A stretch of DNA of 64,000 nucleotides from positions 62,001 to 126,000 of the forward strand of contig DF236991.1 in assembly GCA_000708835.1 (NCBI GenBank), read 5' to 3'. Position 1 is the first letter of the stretch. Every line of letters starts with the position of its first letter. This document shows positions 1-12,249 of the stretch, piece after piece. This DNA comes from Klebsormidium nitens. Lineage: Eukaryota; Plantae; Klebsormidiophyceae. The notes beneath the pieces are model-generated. The model did no database searches. It was not told where the DNA came from and was given only the letters and a program-made list of their open reading frames with translations. A program made the translations under genes and the position numbers.

Positions 1-1
1 T

Positions 2-770
2 CGTATATTCACCGCCACCACACTAGCACACTTCAATCAGACCCAAGTACAGCTAAGCAATCGGTCAGCACAATGGTAGAAACCGGCAGCTTTCGGATCC
101 AGAAACGTACGAGACCCCTGGATGGAGTTACGTGACCAGCAAATCACTGAAACTATCGAAATTGGGTGGAAGGATCTGCCAGTCGGAAAGTATCCGAGGG
201 TTCTCCGCATCCACTTGAAGTCCAGGAGCAGGAAAACAGTAGCACTCCATTGTAGTTGACAGGGTTTCTTATTTGGTGGGCAGGAAGAAACGTGTATTCG
301 ACTACACGTGTGCTTTAAGTTCGAAGATGACAGTCCTGGAAAGATGCGGGCTTTGGGCGTGAACGCAGTTGAAGTGACATCCATATCCTCTCAGAGAGGA
401 GTTGTCGTGGCTCATTTGGGTCCGTCCCTCTTGGAAACTGCCCTGGTAGTGGAAAGTGCCCACGGCACGACCTTCATCGCCGGTAGTACGTCATGGATAA
501 ACATTGACCAAACAGAAAGGCCGTTGGGTACTTGGGCAGAGATCTGACGAGCGGCGAGATGAGAACTTTGGGGGGTACAAAGCACACGCGCCATCACCTC
601 GAAATGGGAGAAGATGGTGGACGTCAACTCAATAACGCATTGATACTGGAGTCGTGAAGGAAGTATTAGAGTCGTAGGGAGCATGGACCGTTGCTACGTC
701 TGCCTTACTGCTGGCCGCATGTCCGCTTTGTCTGGAGCGGTTTCCTTTCATTGCTTGCAGCATTGAAAAC
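2..770 (+). pseudogene. Possible decayed coding sequence; weak resemblance to a malectin-like ectodomain
   Basis: One + frame runs ~255 codons with only about 5 stops. Peptides KDLPVGKYPRVLRIHL and IRLHVCFKF loosely recall the malectin-like G-Y-x-V-R-L-H-F pattern. By-eye resemblance only. Confidence 0.2.
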
Positions 771-2042
771 GAAGGCGCGCTCCGCTCTTGGAAAGTTTCC
801 CACTTTTCCGCCAGAATGTTGAGTAAAAAGAAGCCCCATGTGGCAAACAGACTGGCCCCAGAATTGAGAGATCAAGGAGCGCGACCATCGACAGAACTTT
901 TTTGCGTCCGACAAAACATCTTAGAATCTGGTATGTGGGCTATCGGTTGGTCGTGAAAGCAGGTGTCGCACAAGCGTTTCTTTCGCCAAAGGGTCCGTCA
1001 AATTTCAAGGGGCGGCTCTTAGCGGCGGCTTCGCAAAGCTATCACCAGTGGCATGTGGCAGCTTGAGAACGCTCCCACATATCGCCTCTTCATAGCCCCG
1101 TCGGAAGAGCCAGGAAGCGCTGAACAGTTACGAAAAAGGAACGAGAGGTGTCGGATGCGGATTCAAGCTCATTGTTTGCATCATTCTGACATGGCCGGCA
1201 AGAATTCCTCACAGAGAAGTTCCAGACTTTGAAGGGCGAGTGCCAACCGACGAGTAGATGGAGCTGACTGCTAAAACACTAATTTAACAAGGCATGGAAG
1301 GACATGCTTACAATCCCTCGAACGAATATTTCCGTTCATTGGTGGGAAACGATGGTGGTATTTTGATTTGAGTTTACTTCGGGGATGGTCTGGAAGACGA
1401 ATGACCTTATTCTAAATTTTCTCGCTGTGAGATAAATCGTGGCTCCCGTTGGTCAGACACCGTCATGATGGGACACTTGCCCAGTGGAAGTACGACGTTC
1501 ACGGCCGGCCACGGATAATACCCGTCAGGCACAAACTATGACGTAGTAAGAGGACGTGGGCGCCGCAGCTTTGTCAAAGCAGATAGCGACAGGAATTTAT
1601 TCGAGGCATACATGGCACACTTTCCAGCACAAATGATACAAAAATAACTTTTGAGACAAGTCCCCCACTATTAGATACCACGGCCGGAACGCGAAAAAAT
1701 GTTAAGAGTTGCTCGAGGCAGCTGTGTGGTTTCCCTGAAAGCGGGCACCCCGAATATTTGTTCAATATGAAGCGAGCAGCAACGTTTCCCTTTTAAGCTC
1801 CATGTAGTGATTTTTCGTGGTGCAGTTTTGATCGTTTGGAGAGGTTCCGCCGAGCCAGCACAATTTTGCGACCGGAAAGGGCCAATTGATGGACAAAGTG
1901 ATTGCAAATCCGGTCCTTCCCGGCCCCTTCAGTGGTACGTACAAGAACGAAGTGCCAGTGCACGTACCTCGCGGGGCCAGAAATATCGCTTGAGATTGAA
2001 GACACATTTGAGCCGAAGACTCCACGCACTATAATTGAAACA

Positions 2043-2332
2043 CTGACGTCCACATGGGCTGTGCTGGCCGTCAAGAACAATCCGCTGCCTTGCGCCGCAT
2101 CTCTGCGACGCATCATTTGGAGCATAATCATGGTCGCGACGTGATTGACATCACTAGTGGACGTCGCGTATTGAGACAATGACGTCCACATGGCATTCGG
2201 GTTTCCAGCACATCATCATGGCATCGTCTGCCCTGCGCCGCATCATCTGTGTTTCTGCTACGCAGTATCTGAAGCTTAATCATATCCTTGGACGTAACCG
2301 ACATCACGAGTGCCAGTTCAAGTGACAGAAAT
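2043..2332. repeat. Degenerate tandem duplication, 2 x ~140 bp
   Basis: TGACGTCCACATGG...TGCC(T/C)TGCGCCGCATC...GACATCAC(T/G)AGTG occurs at ~2044 and again at ~2180. Confidence 0.7.
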
Positions 2333-4839
2333 GTAGCAGTCCGAGGATCAAGTTGAAGTCAAGATTAAGGCACTCCACAACGTGTTGCAGCCGAGTAGAT
2401 TGGCGATTTGAGGTGCCTCAAACAACGTCTGTACTGTTTTCAGATGTGTCACTAGGCCTTTATCGGAGCTGGCACGGCCCGTCGATTACAGAGCATGAAT
2501 AGGCGGCCGAATACTTCGGAGTAATAGGCTAATGTCTTTTGCAACCGCAATTCGCGAAGATATGTCTATGTTCTCCAGTCGATCTTCAGGAAAAGGCCAG
2601 TCAGCCCGGGCTGCTACATGTTACCGTGAGCCGTAGGCGTGGGCAGCTTTTAATCTAGTGTTAGGCAGACACAAGGAAGACCGCTTTTTGAGACAAGCAG
2701 ACTCAATCAAGAGGGCACGCAACATACATATCTTACATTATAAAGATGAAGTAGGCGCATATTCTTGTTGCCGCCCGGTAGACGAACGGGCTTCCTAAGA
2801 TCGGGTCGACTGATGGCTCAGGGAGTCGACATGAGCTTCTACGAGCCCATGAGTAGAGTATTCATTGCCGTGACTCGAGAGGAACAATTCGAAGGGAAAG
2901 GTGGCCTGGTCATGCAGCAGGCTGAGTACCCACGCGTTGACGTCTTGCTAGGTATCAGCATCATATGCATGTCATTTCTGTCGATCATGTCTGACTGGTT
3001 TATGATCTGCTTTAATTTTTCCTCGAAAAAGCTCAAAGGTCCCAAGCTAGGCAGCTTGAGTGTTGTGACATAAGGCCAGCAATCGCAGGCGGCAAGGCAA
3101 AAGCAAGCCTACAAATTGTTACCCATGATTCGGCAACAAAATTAGATTGAAGTACCGCCGTTTCCGAGCCCAAGAGCGGAGAATACGTACTCTCACCGTA
3201 CCGCGCTGGCTACTTAGGCGGTTCAAGATGCCTTCGTTCAGCTTCTCCCCACTGCCAAACACGATTGGAGTTCGAAAGTGGAACGCGAGATGAGTAACTT
3301 AGCAAGAAGCATTCTGAGCCGCGTGACTTCGGCTGTGGATTGGCCTTATGGCTAGTCTATTGCTCATTCTGAAATGTAATCCCAGACGCCTTTGAAATGG
3401 TCCAAATCACCGGTTTCTCAACGTGGGCGCATCTTTTAATCAATACTCTTGAGTTGAACCGGAGGCAATATTGACGTCTTTTGAACACTAATTTTGATCA
3501 TTTTCAACTCAAAGTTTCTGGTTTGAGTTACTTTCTGAAGGGCTGAAATCTTTCCAAAGGGCTGCACTCACCACCAGAGACTAAGTGGCGCGACTTTCTG
3601 AAAGATACGCTGATTATATTTCGGTCAAAGGTGGCTCACAGTATACACGTGAGGCAAGCCTTTGGCAATCGCGAGGACCCCAAGGGCTTTGAGAAACAAG
3701 TGTCTAACAGGCCCCCGTGGCTCTGGGTCGAGATCTATAGAAAAGAGCATTAGCAACACAAGAACGAGCTTTAATGCAACCTTATGGCCTCCGACGCACT
3801 AGATCTTGCTCAGCCGATCGGGAATCTTTCATTCGGTAGGAAGGTGCAAGGCCCGAGGTTTTAGGTTGCGAGGCCCCAGAATTGACTTTTATTTGGCGTC
3901 AAGGCGCCTTCTCTCTAAAAGACGTTTCAGAGAAGCTAAGACGGATTCTTGAAGCTGGTACAATCCTCTGGTTTGTGCTCAAAACACTCGACGCAGGATA
4001 TCCTTACTGCAAAGGGAAAATGGGCTTCAAAAGAGTTCGTGAAATTAGTGAGCCGTAGCTTGAAGAGCTCACCCTCGTTGCTTTTCCATTACCACGCCTC
4101 ACTCCGACTTAAGACTCTCCACCCAATCTCAGAGTGTCATCCGGCCAATGCTTGCGAGCCTTGGATTAAGTGTTTCAACCGCTCACAGTAGTGATTTCAG
4201 ACCGCACCAATATCAAGCAATCCAGGCTAGTAAACGTTTCCAATAGCTCGTACTGTACGATGAGCCATTAGAGGTTCAACAAACGCACGAAGAACTTGAC
4301 AAGGCAAGCAGAATCCAGAAGAAGTCCCCTTTCGACGCCGCACTTGAGAAGATCAGGTTTCGAGTCTCACTATTGCTTAATTATAATGGCTCAGCAATTC
4401 AGGATCAGTCCCGCTGGGATCTTACGGGCCCAATGGTCTTTCATAGCCTGCGAACGTCATGATTCCACATCTGCGCGAGAAAGGTGCCCGGCCCTGTTCA
4501 TGCAGGCTGCGTCCAGAACTCAACGCCTAGGCAAATAGCAACTTACGGAGCCTTTTGGTTTTACCAGACTTCAAGCTCGATGACCAAAAGAGCGAAAGCG
4601 GCCGGAGCCTGAAGACCTCGCGTGCCAGGACTTCACTAGCATGGGTCGAGGGAGAAGAAGCGGCCCTGAGACGGACATCCGGACTAGCCCATCAGCAACC
4701 TGAGCAGCACCAACCGGCGTTTTGAGAGAAAATGATCGAGCGCACAGAGAACGACCCCGTCGTTCCAAGGGGCTGCGGTCTTATTGGCCTGTTCATATTC
4801 CCAACAGAACGAGACGGCAAATCTTAGTCCGGCGAGTTA

Positions 4840-5480
4840 AGCGGACAAGGAGTTGTGTTCACATGGTTTCAGGAACTCACAAAGCGCGATGCACCTGAGC
4901 ATCCACTGGCAGATGAAGTGGCAGAGCAGCATATGTGAAGGGAAGGTTGAATCCGTGACGCACAGAAAAGAATTAAGAAGCTCAATTCAGCAGTAAATCC
5001 GAATGCGACATTCTTGTCTAATCTATCTCCTCTCAAAGCTATTGGGTTGCGAGCGAAAGGACTACTGTAGCCGGAAAGACCGAAGACTGGAACTCGAAAA
5101 GGAACATTAATACAAACGATCACTGTCGATGTCTTCGAGGCACAGAGAGGTTGGCTCAAGTCCATTTCCCAGCGTGGCACCGACAGCGTACTGTCATTCA
5201 CGGTGATATTGTCCTTGCCCAGGGCTCCTTCAGCGGTTCGGTATACAATGGCGGGACTCGATGTACGCTAGCAGTTAGCGCAGATTAAGGAGGCACTGAG
5301 AAACCGGTACTAAGAGGCTCCCAAAACGCACGTGCATCATCATAGCCGGCCTCCCGAAGGTTTGCAAATAAGCGAGTAGGTTTGATCGACGGACGGACAT
5401 CCTGGCAACCGATTGCATTTTCGCCAAAGGCGTTCATGAACTTTGTTAGTGCACGTGGCTCATTCGCGGTCTTGGGTTCC
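4840..5480 (+). pseudogene. Decayed RLK/Pelle-type protein kinase domain (frameshifts and stops)
   Basis: Eroded kinase motifs in the expected order across + frames: SGQGVVF (Gly loop-like), DEVAEQ (VAVK-like), ECDILV*, DWNSKRNI...LRG..RLAQVH...TVIHGDI (VIa/VIb-like), KTHV...PPE (activation segment-like), ATDCIFAKGVHELC (subdomain IX-like). No clear DFG found. Confidence 0.45.
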
Positions 5481-8400
5481 TCGTCTGGATGGCGAAGTGC
5501 CCTCGAGCCCAATGATGGCAAAAGCAAAAGACTTTCTTGAGACTGTTGATTGAGATGGAGAGGATACAAGGAAGCCACAAGGTATACCCGGCCGCCGTTG
5601 CAGAAACAGCAACGTATAACCAGTGGAGGAGGCTCGTACCATTTCAGGTCGTTGTTAAAGCACAGGCACAAATGTAGTAGCTCGAAGAGATGTGAACAGC
5701 AGCACAGCGATGGAAACGTTGCGGCCAAGCCGCTGCTGAGAAATAAGGGTTTAAACAGCCGTCTGATATTCAAAGTTTGGCATCAGCAGAAGTACTCAAG
5801 CGCTGGCGCCGTGGCACGACGGAGCCTTGCCAGCGCTCAATCTTCGTGGCCACTAGTTCACTTCTGACATTTAGCGATCGAGGGACAGGCGGACGCGCGT
5901 GCGCAATCAAGATCCAAGCGTCACGACTTCGGTGGGACAGGCCGCGGCGGGCCGCAGATTCGCAGCAATGGCCGAACTCGCCCCTCGGGACCATGCAGCT
6001 TCTAATTGCATCACTGAGCTGGACCTCTGCTACTTGAACATACAACGGACACGATCAGGACCGTCCAATGCGCAAACTAACTTTCTCACTAAATTGAATC
6101 GACGTGCAGACGTGTTAAAATGACAAACTGCTTGAGTTAACTAGTCTCCGAGCCTTGAACTTCATAGCGGTTTGCGGTCCACCTAACGAGGCAGAGAAAA
6201 TGGTCTATCTTCGTGAAGTGCCGAAATGAGTCTTTTGTAACACACCCATCTTTAAACCAAATGCGGCATCTCCGTATCTCCTGGGTCCACCTCATGGGCA
6301 CCCGGCAGAGCCCACGATCGATCTCGTCCTGGCCGCTACAACTTCAAAATCAGTGTACCAAGCCTTAATTAGAGTGTCCAAAAGTAAGGTGGAGCTGTGG
6401 GGTGTCGCTCAGACAGGTGCCTCCGCGGGCACTCTGGACACTATAAAGCGGTCTCTCAAAACCTCAGAAAGCGGCGGCGTCTGAAACGGAACGTGGGTTG
6501 GGAACCTTGAGACGGATCCGGTTTTATAACTTGCGTCTTCATAGCCAGCTCGTAAGACGATGCAAGAAGAGCAGCAAGAACACTGGAAACGACTTTTTTT
6601 CTAAACCGACCTCTGGATCCGGATTGGACTCCAAAGGTTCTTTTTCAAGCAAGGGCCAGCCAATCTTGCTCGCCCAAATTTTCAAGAATCTGAAAGGATC
6701 TGCCAGCTAGCGTGTATAAAGAGCTAACTTGAAAGGCTAAACAAAAGTCAACCAAGAGCCCACGATCTAGTATGTGCATACTTCTGTCACCACGAAACGA
6801 TTATCTGTCTACGGTCGGCAGGCCTAGTGGCTCAGAGACGTGCCGTCCTTCGTCCTTAAGCTTCCAAGAGCCCAGGGATCAGTTTCTCATAGCCATCAAG
6901 GGATAGAATCAGACCACGAACTAAGGTAGGGTAATTACATCAAGTCGACCTTTGGTCACTTCATAGGATCAGCCTGAGTCTGAAGAGTATGAATTGTTTA
7001 GATGCAACAGAAAAGGATGTCAGGGGAAAATCGCGAAGAAGCCCTCAGCAGCCGGCGTGGAAGCACGAGGTTGCCAACAGGCTTCGAGGCGAATGGGGGA
7101 CTTGAATTCGAATCTTCAAAAGAATGAGGGCTAGGATCACTGGCTTTGAAAGCCGGTCGTGCACATCTTTTCAACTTGAAAGACATCTTCGAAGATTGGG
7201 AAGCACCTTAATACAGATGAGAGTCTGAAAAGTCGTGGGAGTCCATGGTTCGTCATCGCCAGTTTATAACCTCTGTCAGAGGGCCCGTGAATGGACAAAA
7301 GCTTCCGCTTCTTTCTTTTTCTCAATAGTGAGCAGACTCTGATTCGGCGACTCTCGACATCTGCTTGTGTGGCCAACATTTAGAACCGTAATTCGAGCGC
7401 TAGACTCAGGGTTTACATCGGTGAACGTTGAAACTCTGTCAAGCGCCCAGGTGGGTCCATGCGAAATAGTGCATCGGACTGTGATAAGAGAACGAGCCCC
7501 AGACTCCAAAAATCTTCCTAGGGTAAGATGGCTTCCGAACAAGTAGAACTTAAAGAAATTTATGATCAATTGTGTACATGCAAACATCTAGGGTGTTGCC
7601 GCAAGAAGAATCGAAGAACTCGCTTCAGATCAGATCGTCAGCGCGGCCTCAGTACAGAAGTGGCTTCGGAGTACAGGTGGCTGGAAGATGTCATCTGTGG
7701 GCTTTTAATGCCCATCGCGTCCTCATAGCCTTTCATGATAGATAGGAAAATCCGCATTCGAGGCAAGCGGCCTGGGCATGCTAACCGTTTTCGAGGGCCA
7801 ACGTCTCAAAAAAAAATTATAACTGTTTTTGAGTTATGACTCGGAGATCGATGTACTTTGTCGAAGCAGCTAAAGTCGGAAGTATCAGGCAGCGAGGCTT
7901 GATGCGATAGGCGCAGGAAGGTCCTGAAGTTGGATTCAGCAACTGAGAACAAAGTGCCTGCAAACGACGTTATTCAAAAAGCTTGGAGAAAGAACGTCCT
8001 GTCACACAAGCTGGATCGAAAAGCTTATGATCGTCCTCACAGAACGTAGAATGAGCAAGCGAGTAGTGTGAAGCAGCTAGGAAGCGTCTCAGTTCGAGTC
8101 GCCAGGCATATCGGGTGAGCATTGGCGTCTAAAAAGACTGCACCTCGTCTGAGACCAGGTTCACAACGGTTTCATCACCGCTGCCCCTGACGTGGGGGCG
8201 CAGGCCCCCGAGTCAGGACATAAAAGCTGATATCTGGTGTATTCCAAAAAGGTGCCAAAATGAACCCGTTTTAGTGAGCTGGTAAGGACAGTGAGATTCT
8301 CTTCGATCAGAAGAAACTTAAGACTGCAAAGCGAAAGTGGCATAAAGCGTACGTGGACTAGGGTTGATAGTGCCCTCTCGAGTCCCTTATGCAGAACTAA

Positions 8401-9730
8401 TAGGCCCGCTCAATCCAGCACTATCCTGACATGCAACACAATCTTCTTAATCCTACTGTTTCCAGTTGTAACAGGAAAATCAAATAGAGGCCGCCAAATA
8501 TGGCTCGATGCACGCTTTACAAGGATCAAAGTTGGCTCGATCACCATTGGCAAAGAACGTTGCACTCTTGCCGATTGCTGGAAATTGAAGATCTTTGAGC
8601 AACGCTCGAGCTTGAACTGCCAAATCATATGTTTCGTTTCAACTAATCAACTCTTCACTGGCGCCCATGCACTCAATAACCGCTGACTAGTTTATGCAGA
8701 CGACGTTGAAGATTAAGTAACGTTGAAGCTCCTATCTCACTTCTATCCAACATCAATCGTGGCGTCTGTGACACGTTTGGAAACATAAGCAAGGTCATGG
8801 AAAGAGCTCGGCTTCCCAAACCTGCTGCATCATAGCCGCGATTCTTATCTCTTTGCGAAGAACCTGCATGATAAGCCTGCTTTCCGGATTTGCGGTTGGT
8901 TTGGCAAGCCTTTGCAGATTGCGGGACGCGCATGAATAGCTGCTCAACCAGGCTCACTCGCAAAACAAGTGTGGATCACGACACGCCCACGTACGAATGC
9001 AATCATGGCCACTCGAATTGCAGTGTGAACCTTAAAATCTTTCGGAACTGTGAGGCCTCAGGGGGACGTGGCAGAGGAACGTGTAAAAAGGAACGCTGAT
9101 GAAAGATCGCTTTCAATGATCTCCAGTCAAAAACGCAAGTAGTATCGTTCTCGAGAGCTCATTCCCAAGCAAATATCAAAAAGGTAATGAGGGAACGAGC
9201 AAGGCAGCAGCGACGCGAATTTGAGCGCGACCGGAGTTGAGATGACTTGATTCCACATGCAATTGTTTCTAAGCGCTTTTGAAGTTGCAGCAGGGTCTAC
9301 GACGAAGCTCAAGTGAAGTACCAGTGACTCCGGAAAGAAAAGTACTCTAGCTCACCCTTCAAGGAATTGGTTTCGAGTTTTCCACTTGCGTAGGTTTCAC
9401 CATCATTACGATTTCGAAACTAGTCAAACAAGGAGTACGACGGTACACCTGTCAACAAACAAGCCCACGCTGCAAAACGTGTGGCCAGGCGAGTCCCAGA
9501 CTCATCTCGAGCACCATCGAAATGTATCTGGCCAAGCCGCAATTGAACCGAGTCCCGTGTGCAAAGCTGGCTTCAGTTGGAGACGACTGTAAAACAAAGC
9601 TGCGAATGTAGGGCTTTGAGATGTCGGATGTGCATTATGAAACATCATCCTGTTTAGAGACATATACTGCCTAACTTGAAAAGTGGCTTCAAATACGTAG
9701 TGTATACCTGGCAGCGCTAGGCTTGAATTG

Positions 9731-10400
9731 GAGCGCCCATCAATCGACTCGTCACCTTGCTACGTAAGCAGACAGTAATGGCAAGGGGAAGGGAAATGGA
9801 AACGGGAATGGAAAGTATGCTTATTGTCCTGCGAACACAGACTCTCTCTCGGGACTGGCTTCGATCGACAATCGCAGCGGAAAGTACGTGGGCTTGGCGG
9901 GGCGCCCATCAAGAATGTCGTCATAACCAATCACGTCACCTTCCCGTGCAATTGAACGGAAACGGCAATATTGGAAGCAAAATGGAAACGGGCAGAACAG
10001 TTCACGGTAGTATCGTTCCGGCGCGACTCTCCTAGAAGTGGCTTAGAACACCAGGTTCAAATGAGCAAAGCGCCCAGCAGTAGATCCGTCATTACCAGCG
10101 CCACCTCGCATGCGCAGTGGAAGCGGAATGGACGGCAATGGGAACAGAAACGGATGAGATGGTCATTATATTGCTGTGGATACGAGCTCGAAAAGAAGTG
10201 GCTTCGATAGTGCTGAGCCGAATCAGCTAGTTGGACGTTCAATCATGAGCGCCCATCATTGAACTCGTCATTGCCAGCAAGTGGCCAGCGCCCCTCGCCT
10301 TGTGACCAAAACGGTAAGGGTCACGAGAAAAGTATCTCGAAAACGCACAGTTGAAAAATTCGTACCGTGCCGCTGAGGCAGTTGGAACTTCGATTATCTT
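9731..10400. repeat. Degenerate tandem repeat, about 4 units of 170-180 bp
   Basis: Anchor GCGCCCA(T/G)CA...CGTCA at ~9732, 9902, 10070 and 10249; GGAA(A/G)CGG(G/C/A)AATGG-like tracts follow at ~9795, 9960 and 10125. Confidence 0.6.
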
Positions 10401-10580
10401 GTGAATGACCGGGGTCCGCTGCAAAGGTTATGCGGCCAACATCAACGTGTCCAAACCGCTGAAGAACCCGTACGCGCGCACGCGCGCACTAGCGGTAGAA
10501 CCGCTTCATGTGCGGAGTCAAGCAGAAGGAGATACTCGGCATCCGTGCAGCACTTGAAAGCTCCGGCCGGCCCACAGGGA

Positions 10581-10728
10581 GAAATGGTTTTTCCCCGGGG
10601 TCGGGGAAAGCCCGGGCTGTTCCCGGGGAAGGCCTTTTCCCGACCATTTCCCCGCCGATGGTCATGTCCGAGGAAACGTAAGATCCCCGGAGTCTTCCCC
10701 GGTCACCGGGGAAGCAAGTCCGGGGAAA
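10581..10728. repeat. Cluster of TTCCCCGG/CCGGGGAA motifs in both orientations; possible TE terminal remnant
   Basis: About 10 copies of the motif; GAAATGGT (10581) and ACCATTTC (10643) are inverted repeats. Confidence 0.55.
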
Positions 10729-10883
10729 CGAACCCTTGGGAAGGAGGGCAAATCAAAAAATCTCCCCCAAACCAGGATAAAATATTTTTGAGCTGTCCAA
10801 CGTGTAGGCAGACCGTATGCTGTCCGTAGGAAGCGTGTTGAAAAAGAGAAAAGGGAAAAAGGGGGAAAACGGACCTGCTGTCG

Positions 10884-10966
10884 ATACAGGGGTTTGAACT
10901 GGTGCCCTTGGCTACCCGGTGAAGTTACCTGATGTCGAGCACCTTGACCACTGAGCTACATGAAAC
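10884..10966 (-). ncRNA. tRNA-derived Pol III element (tRNA pseudogene or SINE head)
   Basis: Minus strand has an A-box TAGCTCAGTGGTCAAGG and a B-box-like AGTTCAAACCC, with spacing like a long-variable-arm tRNA. A T-rich tract follows. The acceptor stem does not pair well, so it is probably not a functional tRNA. Confidence 0.6.
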
Positions 10967-12249
10967 TGCGCGTCTTGGAGGGATATGGAAAGGTTATATA
11001 CAGATTGATCGCACCCTTACTAGTCATGCACAGCATGAGCACTGCATATACTCGAGGATGTTCTGCATTCAAATAGTCCTTACAAATTTTAAAAGTGACT
11101 CCAAAAATGCGTGCCTCGCTTGTAGGTCGCTCAAGGCCTGTCGAAGAACGACCTCCGAATCTTTACGCTGCATCCCGGTTTCGAAAGCGAAAAGTAATTC
11201 GACATCCTGAGAATTCGAAGTTCTTGAAGAACAGCCGTTATATAAATCTCGCCTCTGACTGGCTGATGGCGATTTCGTACGTCTCACGAGATGCACGTTC
11301 CGAGGGAAGGTGTTGTCAGGTGGGCAGGTAAGGGACGAGATAGATTCGAGCGCAGCATCAATAGCCTGATGGGGGATATCGTTTCTCATAATACTTAGGA
11401 GCCGTTTCAGATAGGTAAGCCAGAATCAAGCTAGAGAGCCTGGAAACAAGTAAGCATTGGGAACATTGCCGCAGTACAGTGCTCGACGCATGCAAGGGGT
11501 GGCATCGGAATTGCAGTTCCTCGGGATGTGACAGATTGGTCTCTGAGGCTTGAGGCTAGATGGTATAAGGGCTGGCGCTATTTGAACCGCTCATATTCGT
11601 GGGCTACTGCAGACCGGTTCAAAACATTAGCTTGGGTACCAAACGGAGTTATTCAGGCGATCAACGGTGATATCAAGTACGAACACTAAAGCAAGCAAAC
11701 ATAAAGCAGAGAACCGTTGTGAGGCATATCCGCCACCAGTTTTGATGGATATGTTTAGTACAAAGAAGGAGAAGCAAACGGAGGCAAGGCGACAGAAATG
11801 TAAAGCTGTATGTTACGGTGTGACGGTGAGGACCAGGTGGGATTTGCAGGCCCATAGTAGCCGCTATGGCTGCTCAGAAGCTAACCGGCGAACAAAACAA
11901 AACTCTTAGCTTCTTCATGCGTTTGCAATTGCTGGGCCCGACGGCGTCACACTGAGACTAAGTGGCGGGAACGGCGTGGGCAGCCAAAAAACCGTCTGCC
12001 CAGAACGTTCTCCGAGTCATGGCCGTCGTGGCGCCGCGGCTTTCACAGATATTCCGCGGAGTACAGATATTGCGAGTCCTCATCATGCTACAGACCTCGC
12101 AAGCTGCAACCGCACTCTTTCCGGGAACAACCCTGGCCAAGCAGCCGGAATAGAGTACGAACCTCGAAATCATAACTAGTTTATACATGCCCCCGTGTCT
12201 TACTCCAAATGACCGCAAAACACACAAGCAAAAGCGATGACAGACTCTC

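Noticed and set aside
3500-3700. Minus-strand IAKGLPHV as an NB-ARC GLPL motif
   Set aside because: No P-loop, kinase-2 or MHD motifs at matching distances.
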